Below are positions 35,705-45,366 of a stretch of 64,000 nt of DNA, piece after piece. Source of the stretch: Candidatus Omnitrophota bacterium (GTDB lineage Bacteria > Omnitrophota > Gorgyraeia > Gygaellales > Profunditerraquicolaceae); the NCBI GenBank assembly GCA_016867115.1, contig VGKG01000003.1:64673-128672 (forward strand), read 5' to 3'. A program made the translations under genes and the position numbers. The notes under the pieces are model-generated. The model was not told where the DNA came from, made no database searches, and was given only the letters and a program-made list of their open reading frames with translations. Within the stretch, counting starts at the first letter, position 1. The number at the start of each line of letters is the position of its first letter.

Positions 35705-36927
35705 GCATAAAAAGAGCGTTTTTGATCTTCTCCTGGGCGCTTTACGACCTGGCAAACCAGTTCTTCGCCTTGAATGTGGTCTCGCTTTATTATGTGCGCT
35801 GGCTGACCCTGGAAAAGCAGGTGCCCGAGATATTTTACAGCATCTCCTTCGGCGTTTCACTATTCTTCGTCGGAATACTCTCGCCCGTTCTGGGCGCTAT
35901 TTCTGACCTCACCCAGAGAAGAAGGATATTCCTCATCCAGCTTACCGTCTTGTCTGTCGTCTTTACGCTGTTTCTGGGACTCACCGCAAATGTCGCCTTG
36001 AGCCTTATCTTCTTTGCCGTGGCGAACTTCGGCTGTCAGCTGGCGATCATCTTTAATAACGCCCAGATGATCGAGATAGCCCCGCAGGGAAAGGTGGGGC
36101 TGGTCTCCGGCTTCGGCAGGATGCTCGGTTATAGCGGCGCGATCATCGCCATGTACCTGGCCAAGCCCATAGTTTTGGAAAGAGGATACCAGGCGACCTT
36201 TATCCCCAGCGGCCTCCTCTTTTTGTTGTTTGCCCTGCCCTGCATGATCTTTGTCCGGGACCCGCATAGCAGGCAAAACATAAGATTGGCTTATTTCTTC
36301 CGGGGAGAAAGGGTCATAGCCAGCTTCGCGGCCTTAAGAAAGGCGCTTCTGGAGGTGAGGAAGGTCGCATCCCTGGCCAATTTTCTGAAGGCGGCATTTT
36401 TCGGGCTGGCTGCGGTCAACGTGATCATCCTCTTTATGTCAGTATACGCCACGCGCGTCTTCGGATTAAGCGAAATACAGATCATCCACCTGATCGTCTT
36501 CTCCACGCTTTTTGCCATTGCCGGAAGCATCGTCTCCGGCTTCATCAGCGACTATATCGGTTATAAACGCTGCCTGATGGGCGTATTTATCCTCTGGATA
36601 GCCGCCTTTATCGGCGCAAGCATAAGCCGGGATATCCGCCTATACTGGGCGATGGGAGCAATAGTGGGGGCAGCCCTGGGTGCTACCTGGGTCGTCTCGC
36701 GGGCGCTCGCCATAAAACTTGTTCCTCCGGAAAAGATCGGCGAGGTATTCGGGTTATTTAATTTTGTCGGCTACATTTCTGCGATCATGGGTGCTGTGTT
36801 TTGGGGCCTGGCCCTGTTATTCCTCTCCAGGTTCGGTGAGTCCGGTTACCGGATCGCGTTGGCAAGCCTTATCTTATTCATGGGCCTGGGGTTTGTGTAT
36901 TTACGCCGCCTCCCTCAGGATAAATGA
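35701..36927 (+). CDS. MFS transporter, LplT-like candidate lysophospholipid transporter
   Basis: 12-TM MFS topology; translationally coupled (ATGA) to the Aas-like gene, mirroring the E. coli lplT-aas operon. Confidence 0.55.
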   Translation: MSIKRAFLIFSWALYDLANQFFALNVVSLYYVRWLTLEKQVPEIFYSISFGVSLFFVGILSPVLGAISDLTQRRRIFLIQLTVLSVVFTLFLGLTANVALSLIFFAVANFGCQLAIIFNNAQMIEIAPQGKVGLVSGFGRMLGYSGAIIAMYLAKPIVLERGYQATFIPSGLLFLLFALPCMIFVRDPHSRQNIRLAYFFRGERVIASFAALRKALLEVRKVASLANFLKAAFFGLAAVNVIILFMSVYATRVFGLSEIQIIHLIVFSTLFAIAGSIVSGFISDYIGYKRCLMGVFILWIAAFIGASISRDIRLYWAMGAIVGAALGATWVVSRALAIKLVPPEKIGEVFGLFNFVGYISAIMGAVFWGLALLFLSRFGESGYRIALASLILFMGLGFVYLRRLPQDK

Positions 36928-39575
36928 TGCAGACGACAGGACCGGTGATCCAGGATATTTTTCATGAGACGGCCGAAAGGCTGTCTGAAAACGTCTCTTT
37001 ACAGTCAAAAAAGGGATCCGGATGGCAGAAAGTGACCTTCGGTGAGCTGGATGCTTCGGCGCAGAAGCTGGCGCGCTTTTTGCTCAGCGAGGGTTTTCAG
37101 AAAGGCGACGCCGCAGGGATAGTCCTGGAGAACCGTCCGGAGTGGGCGCAGATTTTCCTCGGCGTGATGTACGCGGGGCTGGTCGCAGTCCCCCTTGATC
37201 CCGCATTAAGCCAGCAGGAATTAAGGAACCTGCTGCTGGACAGCGCAGCAAAGGTCATTTTCTGCTCCCACGATACTTTTGCCAAAAAGGTCTCCCCGGA
37301 ACTTCACAGCAGGCTTGCCAAGATCGTCATCCTGGACAGCCCGGTCGCCCGGCCGCAGGATCTGGTAAGTTTTTCCGAGATAGAGGCTCAGGCGTTCCCG
37401 GAGATCGCCCTGCCGCAGACAGGGCCGCAGGCTCCGGCGCTTTTATTCTACACTTCCGGGACCACCGCTACTCCCAAGGGCGTGCTCCTGACCCATAATA
37501 ATATCTGCGCCAATTTTTTCAGCATCAAAAAGACGGGCGTTTATTCCTCTTCGGACAATACACTTTCGATCCTGCCCTTTTATCATACCTATGCCTTTAT
37601 GACGACACTGGTCGTGCCTCTTTTGACGGGAGGCAGGATCACTATTTTTGGCCTGAGTTTTAAACCTCAGGAACTTATTCGGGTTATCCGGGAAACGCAA
37701 ATTACGGTTATTATCGGGATACCGCATCTTTTTGTGCTGATCCACAAGGCCATCATCGAGGGGCTGAAAAAGCTCCCGCTAGTCCTAAGGCCGTTTTCCA
37801 GGTTCGGATTAGGCCGGTATCTGGGCAGGAGCCTACGCTTCATGGCCAGCGGAGGGGCCCGTCTTGATCCGAAGGTCTGCCGTGACCTGAACCGCTGGGG
37901 CCTGAAGTTGATCGAGGGTTACGGCCTGACCGAGGCCTCTCCGGTAGTTACTCTGAACCCCCTGCAAAAGATCAAGTGCGGTTCAGCGGGAAAGCCGCTC
38001 CCCGATATCCAGGTAAAGATAATCGATCCGGATAATTCCGGAGTGGGGCAGGTGGCTGTCCGCGGCGAAAACGTGATGCAGGGGTATTTTAAACAGCCGG
38101 GGCTCACTGCCCGGGCGGTCAGGGACGGCTGGCTTTATACAAAGGACCTGGGGTACCTGGACAAAGAGGGGTATTTATTCCTTACCGGGAGAGAAGAGGA
38201 GCTGATCGTCTTAAGCTCGGGGAAGAACATCTATCCCGAGGAACTGGAGGCCTATTACGCTGCAAACCCCTACATCAAAGAGCTCTGCATCCTGGAAAAA
38301 TACGAAGAGAAGTTCGGGCACCGCATGGAATCTTTGCATGCGGTGGTGGTGCCCGATCTTGAGTATTTCCGCTCCCGCAACGAGGCGAACATCCGGGAGA
38401 AGATCCGCTGGGAACTGGATAACCTGAGCCGCCAGCTTCCGGCATACGCGCACATCATGGGCTTTACCGTGACTAAAGAAGAGCTCCCCCGCACTACCCT
38501 GGGCAAGATCAAGAGGTTTGAAGTGAGGGAAAGGTATTTAGAGGCAAGGATGCCGAAAGTAAAACCTGAGGAGGTCGCTTTCTCGGAGGAGGACCTGCGG
38601 TTGCTGGAAGAGCCGGCCAGCCGCAAGATCATTAAGTTCCTCTCATCCGAATTAAAAAAGCCGGTCTATCTGGACAGCCATCTTGAGCTGGACCTGGGGA
38701 TCGATTCTCTGACACGGGTGGAGCTGGGCCTGGGCTTAGAAAGTTTATTTTCGCTGAAGATCCCGGAGGATATCCTCTATAGCATCTCGACGGTAAAGGA
38801 GGTCATCCTTAAGATAAAAGAATTGCTCAGCCGGCCTGCTCAGGGTCAGGCAGGCCAGCAGGAGCCGGCCTCCTGGAGCCGGATCCTGGAAGAGATGCCT
38901 TCAGAAGAGACCCTCGACAAAATCGGTACAGAGCCGTCATTTTTCAATAAGATAGCGACCTGGCTCTTTAAAGTTTTCTTCCTGGGGATGTTCAAAATCT
39001 TCTGGCTCCTTAGCGTAAGAGGCAGGGAGGACTTGCCTAAGGACGGCCCGTACATAGTTTCTCCGAATCATGCCAGTTACCTGGACGGTTTCGCCGTCTT
39101 CAGCAGCCTGCCTTTTAGCCTCGGGCTCAAGACCTATTTCATCGGTTACAGCGCTATCTTTGAGCATCCTCTGGTGAGATGGGCGATAAAAACCGGCCGC
39201 CTCATCCCTATCGATCCGAATACCAATCTTACTCAGGCCTTGCAGGCAGTGGCCTATTGTTTGCGGAAGAAGAAGATCGTCTGCATTTTCCCCGAAGGCA
39301 TGCGCGCCATCGATGAAAAGGTGGGAGAGTTTAAAAAAGGCATCGGCATATTGCTCAAAGAGATGGATATCCCGGCGGTCCCGGTGTATATTAAGGGTTC
39401 ACACGCCTCCTGGCCAAGGACTAGGCGTCTGCCCAGATTCTGCCGGATCAGGGTCTGTTTCGGCAAGCCGGCTGCCTGGAAAGAGCTGAAAGACGAGAAT
39501 ACGGAAAGCGCAGGCGACGATTACGAGGCGATAACCAGGGCGCTGAGGCAGAGGGTGATGAGGCTGGCATGTTGA
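36924..39575 (+). CDS. Three-domain acyl-ACP synthetase (AMP-binding) / acyl-carrier (PP-binding) / lysophospholipid acyltransferase (PlsC-type), Aas-like
   Basis: LFYTSGTTATPKG AMP-binding motif and ELPRTTLGKIKR; carrier motif DLGIDSL; C-terminal NHASYLD (HxxxxD) and FPEG acyltransferase motifs. Confidence 0.75.
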   Translation: MMQTTGPVIQDIFHETAERLSENVSLQSKKGSGWQKVTFGELDASAQKLARFLLSEGFQKGDAAGIVLENRPEWAQIFLGVMYAGLVAVPLDPALSQQELRNLLLDSAAKVIFCSHDTFAKKVSPELHSRLAKIVILDSPVARPQDLVSFSEIEAQAFPEIALPQTGPQAPALLFYTSGTTATPKGVLLTHNNICANFFSIKKTGVYSSSDNTLSILPFYHTYAFMTTLVVPLLTGGRITIFGLSFKPQELIRVIRETQITVIIGIPHLFVLIHKAIIEGLKKLPLVLRPFSRFGLGRYLGRSLRFMASGGARLDPKVCRDLNRWGLKLIEGYGLTEASPVVTLNPLQKIKCGSAGKPLPDIQVKIIDPDNSGVGQVAVRGENVMQGYFKQPGLTARAVRDGWLYTKDLGYLDKEGYLFLTGREEELIVLSSGKNIYPEELEAYYAANPYIKELCILEKYEEKFGHRMESLHAVVVPDLEYFRSRNEANIREKIRWELDNLSRQLPAYAHIMGFTVTKEELPRTTLGKIKRFEVRERYLEARMPKVKPEEVAFSEEDLRLLEEPASRKIIKFLSSELKKPVYLDSHLELDLGIDSLTRVELGLGLESLFSLKIPEDILYSISTVKEVILKIKELLSRPAQGQAGQQEPASWSRILEEMPSEETLDKIGTEPSFFNKIATWLFKVFFLGMFKIFWLLSVRGREDLPKDGPYIVSPNHASYLDGFAVFSSLPFSLGLKTYFIGYSAIFEHPLVRWAIKTGRLIPIDPNTNLTQALQAVAYCLRKKKIVCIFPEGMRAIDEKVGEFKKGIGILLKEMDIPAVPVYIKGSHASWPRTRRLPRFCRIRVCFGKPAAWKELKDENTESAGDDYEAITRALRQRVMRLAC

Positions 39576-40312
39576 AATACGCACTATTAGGCATTCTCCA
39601 GGGCCTGACCGAGTTTCTGCCGGTGAGCAGTTCAGGGCACCTGGTGATCTTTCAGAAGCTTCTCGGAGTGGCAGAGGAAGGGGTGGTCATTTCGGTAGTC
39701 TTGCATGCGGGAACCCTCTTTGCCCTGGCTATTTTTTTCATCCGGGACCTGTTGGCGATTTTGCGTCACGTAAGATTATTGCTCTTTATCCTGGCGGTGA
39801 CGTTGATCACGGGGTCAATCGGTATTGCGGGAAAAGACTTTTTTGAGGGGCTCTTCGGTTCTCCCCGGCTGGTCGCCTTTGCCCTGATCTTCACCGGCCT
39901 CGTACTTCTGGTCACGAAGAGATCCTGCGCCGGAACAAGGGAAAAGCCCGGGTTTAAAGATGCGCTTGTCTTAGGGCTGGCGCAGGCAACCTCGATCATA
40001 CCGGGCCTCTCGCGTTCAGGCATGACTATCTCGACGCTGTTATTCAGGAAGTTCGCCCCGGAGACTAGTTTTAAGCTCTCTTTCCTGGCCGCGATACCGG
40101 CGATATCCGGCGCGCTGCTTCTTGAGGCAGGAAAGGTGGATCTTGCCTTAAAGGCGCATGCCCCAGAGTTGCTTATAGGCTTTATTTTTAGTTTTTTAAC
40201 TGGACTTATTAGCCTTCAGGTATTAAAATCAATATTACGCAAGGAAAAATTCTATTTGTTCGGCTTCTATTGCTTCTTTCTGGCAATCATTACCCTTATA
40301 TTTTTAAGATGA
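39569..40312 (+). CDS. uppP: Undecaprenyl-diphosphatase UppP (BacA)
   Basis: GLTEFLPVSSSGH and PG.SRSG motifs. Confidence 0.85.
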   Translation: MLKYALLGILQGLTEFLPVSSSGHLVIFQKLLGVAEEGVVISVVLHAGTLFALAIFFIRDLLAILRHVRLLLFILAVTLITGSIGIAGKDFFEGLFGSPRLVAFALIFTGLVLLVTKRSCAGTREKPGFKDALVLGLAQATSIIPGLSRSGMTISTLLFRKFAPETSFKLSFLAAIPAISGALLLEAGKVDLALKAHAPELLIGFIFSFLTGLISLQVLKSILRKEKFYLFGFYCFFLAIITLIFLR

Positions 40313-41220
40313 GTATCATTGTCTTAGGCACAGTTGCCCTGGATTCGGTAAAGACTCCTCACGGAGAGCGCAGGCGGATGCTCGGCGGTTCGGCTGCGCA
40401 TTTTGCCATGTCCTGCCGCCTGTTTACCGACGTGCATCTGGTGGCGATCGTGGGAGAGGATTTTCCCGAAAGGCACGTCAGCTTTCTTCGCCGCAAAGGC
40501 ATTATCCTGACTTCGCTCATCCGAAGCAGGGGCGAGACTTTCAGGTGGAGCGGAGAATATAAGGGAGACCTGAATACCGCCCTTACCTTGAGTACGCAGC
40601 TTGGGGTGCTTTCCGCTTTCCGGCCGGTGATCCGGGAGGAGCAGCGTAATATCAAGCACATCTTTCTGGCCAATGTGGACCCCCAGATACAGAGGGGCCT
40701 GTTGAAACGGATGCATTCTCCGCAGCTGGTAGGCCTGGACAGCATGAACTACTGGATTAAGCATAAGCGCCGGGCGCTGGTAGGCCTCTTGAAAGAGGTG
40801 GATATCTACGTCGCTAATGACCAGGAGGCGCGCTCCCTCTCCGGAGAGCATAACCTGCTTAAGGCTGCGCGTTGCCTTAAGGCATTCGGGCCGAAGATGG
40901 TCCTGATCAAAAAGGGAGAGCACGGGGTCTTGTTCTACGCGCCGGGTGTTATTTTTTCGCTTCCGGCGTATCCTACGCATAAAGTAGTCGATCCTACCGG
41001 AGCAGGGGACACCTTTGCCGGAGGTTTCATGGGATATCTGGCGAAAGTGGGGAAGGTCAATACGCAAAGCATTAGAAAAGCCATTGCTTACGGGACAGTG
41101 GCCGCTTCTTTTAATGTCGAGGGATTTGGCCTTGAGCAGACCGCGCGCCTCACCGCCAAGGACCTGGAGGCGCGCCTTGCGCGTTTTAAAAAATATATTT
41201 CTCTGGAGGGAGAGGCTTGA
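40309..41220 (+). CDS. PfkB-family carbohydrate/nucleoside kinase
   Basis: GG motif and DPTGAGDTFAGGF anion hole; trimmed to ATG 40309, ATGA-coupled to uppP. Confidence 0.7.
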   Translation: MSIIVLGTVALDSVKTPHGERRRMLGGSAAHFAMSCRLFTDVHLVAIVGEDFPERHVSFLRRKGIILTSLIRSRGETFRWSGEYKGDLNTALTLSTQLGVLSAFRPVIREEQRNIKHIFLANVDPQIQRGLLKRMHSPQLVGLDSMNYWIKHKRRALVGLLKEVDIYVANDQEARSLSGEHNLLKAARCLKAFGPKMVLIKKGEHGVLFYAPGVIFSLPAYPTHKVVDPTGAGDTFAGGFMGYLAKVGKVNTQSIRKAIAYGTVAASFNVEGFGLEQTARLTAKDLEARLARFKKYISLEGEA

Positions 41221-41465
41221 TGAACAAGGAATTAAGAGAGATGCGGGAGGAGTTTGCCGGGTTTTTCCGCGCTTACGGCATCATATGAGTGGCTATCGGT
41301 ATTGTCATGGGCAATGCCGTGGCCAAGGTCATTTCAGGGATTGTCGAGGGTTTGATCATCGCCGCCCTGGTCAATTTCTTTGCTATCTCCATAGTCGTGT
41401 TCTTTATGGTCAAATACGTCTTTAAGGCTATAGCTCCGGAAGGAAAGGAAGAGAAAGATGCTTGA
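41220..41465 (+). pseudogene. Mini MscL-like mechanosensitive channel gene interrupted by an in-frame TGA at 41286-41288 (or a 58-aa product from GTG 41289)
   Basis: Conceptual product MNKELREMREEFAGFFRAYGII*VAIGIVMGNAVAKVISGIVEGLIIAAL...FFAISIVVFFMVKYVFKAI aligns with MscL S1-TM1 and TM2 across the stop; good RBS (GGAGGGAG) only before ATG 41220. Confidence 0.4.
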
Positions 41466-41922
41466 GGAAAAGATCCACAGTGATTATAAAGAGGCGATGA
41501 AGAGTCGTGACACACTGAGGAGTTCGGCTTTAAGTTTCCTGCGCGCGGACATGATGAACCTGGCAGTAGCCAGGAAAAAGAAACTCCTGGATGATGCGGA
41601 AGCCGTTTCGGTGATCAAGAAGCAGATCAAACAGCGCCAGGATTCCATCGACCAGTTCACCAAGGGCGGACGGCCGGATATGGCGGAAAAAGAGAAGAAA
41701 GAGCTTGAGATCTTAAAGGGGTATCTGCCCCCGGAATTATCGGCAGAGGAGATCAAAAAGATGATCGATGAGGCTGTCGCGGCCACCGGCGCCCAGGGCA
41801 TGAAGGATATGGGCAGGGTGATGAAGGAGGTCACGGCTAAGACAGGCGGCAGCGCAGACGGAAAACTGGTCAGCGACCTGGTAAGAGAGAAACTGGCAAC
41901 CCTTGAGCCGAAAAAGGAATAG
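41458..41922 (+). CDS. GatB/YqeY-domain protein
   Basis: 154 aa, YqeY family conserved blocks. Confidence 0.65.
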   Translation: MLEEKIHSDYKEAMKSRDTLRSSALSFLRADMMNLAVARKKKLLDDAEAVSVIKKQIKQRQDSIDQFTKGGRPDMAEKEKKELEILKGYLPPELSAEEIKKMIDEAVAATGAQGMKDMGRVMKEVTAKTGGSADGKLVSDLVREKLATLEPKKE

Positions 41923-41923
41923 G

Positions 41924-43303
41924 ATGAACCTTCAGAGTTTTAAGGTAAAAGTCACTTTGATCCTGATCTTCTCCATGGTCTTTTCCCTGGCGGTAAGCAA
42001 TATGCTCATCTACCGCTTTGCGCTGGAGTCGCAGCTTAGCCAGTTAAGGGATAAGCTGATGATCATCGCCCAGACCGCAAGCCTGGTGGTCGATCCCAAA
42101 GCGCTGCTTGAGATACCCCTTAACCCCGAAGGGAAAAATACCCCTCAATATAAAGCAATCGAGAATAAGCTGGTAAAGATCCGGCAGGGAAACCCCTCTA
42201 TTACCTATATTTACGTGATGAGTATGACCGGCCAGGAGGGTATCTGGCAGTTTATTGTGGATGCCGAGGTCCCGGCTACCGTTAATCAGAGGACTGCCGA
42301 CCCGGGCGAAAAATACGACGCCAGCCGTTTTTCCGAGATACTTAAAGGCTTTCAGGGGCCCTCCGCAGACAGAGAACTTGAAGTCGATGAATGGGGGGCT
42401 ACCCTTTCCGGTTACGCCCCTGTTTATGACGAATCCGGCCGTCCTATCGCGCTATTGGGGGTGGATATCATGGCCGACGATGTCTTTAAGACGCAGCGCG
42501 AGGTGAACGTGCGCGTCTTTTCCATACTTTTCGGCGGGATCCTGCTTTCCATCTTTATCGGCATCTTATTCTCCCGTAAGATCACCGATCCGATCAAAAA
42601 ATTAGTCGAGGCGACCGGACACATCGCCGAAGGCAACTTCAATTTCCGCGTCCAGATAAAGAGCCAGGATGAGATCGGCCAGCTGGGGAACGCCTTTAAC
42701 CAGATGAGTGAGAGCCTGCATGAGGCAAAGGAGGAGCTGCACGGCTATTTTTACAAGATCGTGCAATCCTTAATCCGCGGCATCGAGGCAAAGGACCGCT
42801 ACACCCGCGGCCATTCTGAGCGGGTGGCGGAATACGCGGCTAAGATCGCCGCTGGCCTGGGCTTTCCGGAGGAAAAGATAGAGCTGTTAAGAGAGGCGGC
42901 CAGCCTCCATGATATAGGCAAACTCGGGGTCAAAGAGGATATCCTCAACAAGAAGGACAAGCTTAATGAGGAAGAGTGGGATATCATCCGCAGGCACCCG
43001 GCAGTCGGAGAGGATATATTGAAGCCGGTGATGTCGGACAAAGAGATGCTTACCGTCATCCGCGAGCATCATGAGCACTGCGACGGCTCGGGTTATCCCG
43101 ACAGGCTGAGCGCGGATAAGATCACCCTTTTTGCCAAGATCGTCGCCGTAGCCGACGCCTATGACGCGATGACCTCATCCCGCGCCTACCGGCCCGCCCT
43201 GAGCAGGGAAAAGGCGATAGAGGAGCTAAGAAAAGGCGCCGGCACCCAGTTTGACGAAAAGATTGTCGACGTTTTTATCGGGATACTCGCGCAGGAGGGC
43301 TAA
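41924..43303 (+). CDS. HD-GYP domain c-di-GMP phosphodiesterase with N-terminal TM/periplasmic sensor and HAMP
   Basis: RGHSERVAEYA...HDIGKLGV...HHEHCDGSGYPDRL. Confidence 0.75.
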   Translation: MNLQSFKVKVTLILIFSMVFSLAVSNMLIYRFALESQLSQLRDKLMIIAQTASLVVDPKALLEIPLNPEGKNTPQYKAIENKLVKIRQGNPSITYIYVMSMTGQEGIWQFIVDAEVPATVNQRTADPGEKYDASRFSEILKGFQGPSADRELEVDEWGATLSGYAPVYDESGRPIALLGVDIMADDVFKTQREVNVRVFSILFGGILLSIFIGILFSRKITDPIKKLVEATGHIAEGNFNFRVQIKSQDEIGQLGNAFNQMSESLHEAKEELHGYFYKIVQSLIRGIEAKDRYTRGHSERVAEYAAKIAAGLGFPEEKIELLREAASLHDIGKLGVKEDILNKKDKLNEEEWDIIRRHPAVGEDILKPVMSDKEMLTVIREHHEHCDGSGYPDRLSADKITLFAKIVAVADAYDAMTSSRAYRPALSREKAIEELRKGAGTQFDEKIVDVFIGILAQEG

Positions 43304-43364
43304 AATTTAGTAGACAATTCCGGGCAAATGTGGTAATCTAACCTTTCAATATTTTCGGGTTGTT

Positions 43365-43381
43365 TTGTGATCAGCTCACAA
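43365..43381 (+). promoter_or_regulatory. CRP/FNR-family binding site TTGTGATCAGCTCACAA upstream of the hydrogenase operon
   Basis: Perfect TGTGA-N6-TCACA palindrome 38 nt upstream of ATG 43419. Confidence 0.55.
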
Positions 43382-43418
43382 GTCACCCCGCCTTTTCCGC
43401 AAACCTAAAAATCCTTTT

Positions 43419-44516
43419 ATGGAGACGTATTTTTTAAAGAGCACGGATATCTTTAAGTTCTACGACCGGATAGCCTCTGAATACGAGCTCTATGTCCCGG
43501 TCAGGGTAAAGACTCCCGTCAAGGTAAAATGCGAATATCAGTCGCACCTTCCCACCGACGACTACCTGCTGAAGAAATACTCTGAAGCCAATAAAGAAGA
43601 GGTCTGTTTTAACGAATACCGCTGCGTGGAGCCTACCGCAAGGGCTTTTTTCACCCACTTTAAAGAAGAAGTCTGCGATTATTTTGCGCATCCGCCGAAA
43701 GAAGCGAAAGATAAACCCATCGCCTTATGCGGGGTAAAGAATTGCGACATCTTCTCCACTAGAATCCAGGATTTTGTCTTTCTGGGCGGCATTGACGAAG
43801 ACCCGGTCTATAAGGCAAGAAGAGAAAATGCCCTGATCATCTCCGGCGATTGCCCTAATTTCAAAGAGGCCTGTTTCTGCCGCGCCTTTGAAATAAACCC
43901 GCACTGCAACGAGGGATTTGATTTTAACTTTTCCCCTCTTACCGACGGATTTCTCGTCGATGTGGGCTCGGAAAGGGCGGGTAAGCTCGCAGGACTCATC
44001 AAGGATATGCTTGTCCCGGCCGGCTTTGGCCAGCTCTCCGGCAGGCAGGCCAAGAGAGAGACACTGATCCGGCAGATGGAGAGCCACCTTGCCCACCATA
44101 AGATCCCTAGAAAAGAGACGCTTCAAGAAATAGTACTGGCGGGTTACAATTCCAAGATCTGGAACGAAGAGATGTTTACTTGTGTGGAGTGCGGCGGCTG
44201 CATCTTTATCTGCGATACCTGTCACTGCTTCTTTCTCTCGGATGAGCCCCGGGACGGCAATACCAAAAGATACCGCGCCTGGGATGGCTGTTTATTGAAG
44301 AACTTCAGCCGCGTTGCCGGAGGGGCAAACCCCTTAAAGATGCGTCATATGCGCCTACGTAACCGCTATATGAAAAAGTTCGACTTTTTTGTGGATAATC
44401 TCGGGGTTCAGGCCTGCTGCGGCTGCGGCAGGTGCATCGAGGTCTGCCCGGGAAAGATCGATATCCGCCACATCTTAAGGAAGTTATATGAAGAAAAACA
44501 TCTACCGGCCGTTTGA
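43419..44516 (+). CDS. Fe-S subunit of an AsrA / sulfhydrogenase-beta (HydB)-like oxidoreductase
   Basis: Multiple Cys clusters: CVECGGCIFICDTCHC, CCGCGRCIEVCP. Confidence 0.65.
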   Translation: METYFLKSTDIFKFYDRIASEYELYVPVRVKTPVKVKCEYQSHLPTDDYLLKKYSEANKEEVCFNEYRCVEPTARAFFTHFKEEVCDYFAHPPKEAKDKPIALCGVKNCDIFSTRIQDFVFLGGIDEDPVYKARRENALIISGDCPNFKEACFCRAFEINPHCNEGFDFNFSPLTDGFLVDVGSERAGKLAGLIKDMLVPAGFGQLSGRQAKRETLIRQMESHLAHHKIPRKETLQEIVLAGYNSKIWNEEMFTCVECGGCIFICDTCHCFFLSDEPRDGNTKRYRAWDGCLLKNFSRVAGGANPLKMRHMRLRNRYMKKFDFFVDNLGVQACCGCGRCIEVCPGKIDIRHILRKLYEEKHLPAV

Positions 44517-45306
44517 GGCGGTTGTAGAGGACATCATCAGCGAGACTCCGACGATAAAGACCTTTGTCTTCCGTCCCAAAGAGCCGTTCAGTTTCAGGAC
44601 CGGCCAGTTCATCGAGCTGACTGTTCCGGGAATAGGGGAGGCGCCTTTTACCCCTTCTTCGGACCCCAATATCACCGAAAGGTTCGATGTCACCATCATG
44701 AAAGTGGGCCGGGTCACCGAACTCCTGCACGGCATAACCAAGGGCACGACCTTAGGCGTGCGCGGGCCTTACGGAAAGGGTTACCCGCTGGATAAATTTT
44801 ACGGCAAAGACGTCCTGATCGTCGGCGGAGGCGTGGGCCTTGCGCCTTTAAGGTCGCTGCTTTTCAGCCTATTTGCCGGGATCGATAAATATAATAAGGT
44901 GGTGCTGCGCTACGGTTCGCGCACCTCAGGAGACATCGTCTATAAGGAGGCTATTCCCGAATGGGCGAAGAAGAAAAAGGTTAACCTGGTCACCACCGTG
45001 GACGTGGGCGATCCTTCCTGGAAGGGCAATGTCGGCCTGGTAACCACTATCCTTAAAGACCTGCCCGTAGACCTTAATAATGCGGTGGCAATCGTCTGCG
45101 GCCCGCCGATCATGATGAAATTTGTGACCATGAAATTACTGGACCTCGGGTTTAAACCGGAACAGATTTATCTTTCTATGGAAAAAAGCATGTCCTGCGG
45201 CCTGGGTAAGTGCGGACACTGCCGTATCGGTAAGTTCTACGCCTGTAAGGACGGCCCGGTCTTTACTTACGAAGAATTGAAAGATATACACGATATTTGG
45301 GACTAA
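44488..45306 (+). CDS. FAD/NAD(P)-binding 2Fe-2S subunit (AsrB / HydG / PyrK-like)
   Basis: RxxS FAD motif region, GGGVGLAPL NAD(P) motif, C-terminal CGLGKCGHCRIGKFYAC 2Fe-2S motif. Confidence 0.7.
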   Translation: MKKNIYRPFEAVVEDIISETPTIKTFVFRPKEPFSFRTGQFIELTVPGIGEAPFTPSSDPNITERFDVTIMKVGRVTELLHGITKGTTLGVRGPYGKGYPLDKFYGKDVLIVGGGVGLAPLRSLLFSLFAGIDKYNKVVLRYGSRTSGDIVYKEAIPEWAKKKKVNLVTTVDVGDPSWKGNVGLVTTILKDLPVDLNNAVAIVCGPPIMMKFVTMKLLDLGFKPEQIYLSMEKSMSCGLGKCGHCRIGKFYACKDGPVFTYEELKDIHDIWD

Positions 45307-45366
45307 AATACAGTGGATAGTAGGTAGCAGTTAGTAGTCAGGGAAAGACAAAAACAAAAGAAAAGA

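Noticed and set aside
40324-41067. 247-aa minus-strand ORF
   Set aside because: It is antisense to the PfkB kinase and has no recognisable motifs, so it is treated as a shadow ORF.
41286-41288. Possibility of alternative genetic code (TGA sense codon, code 25/4)
   Set aside because: TGA terminates many well-defined genes here (e.g. uppP, the PfkB gene, the hycB-like gene) at exactly the expected lengths, often inside ATGA overlaps, so the standard code 11 applies.
41015-41425. 136-aa + strand ORF (Arg-rich, MPEVSWDIWRKWGR...)
   Set aside because: It overlaps the 3' end of the PfkB kinase and the MscL-like frame in an alternative frame. Its composition is Arg/Trp-rich and GC-frame-like, and it has no RBS. 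It was judged spurious.
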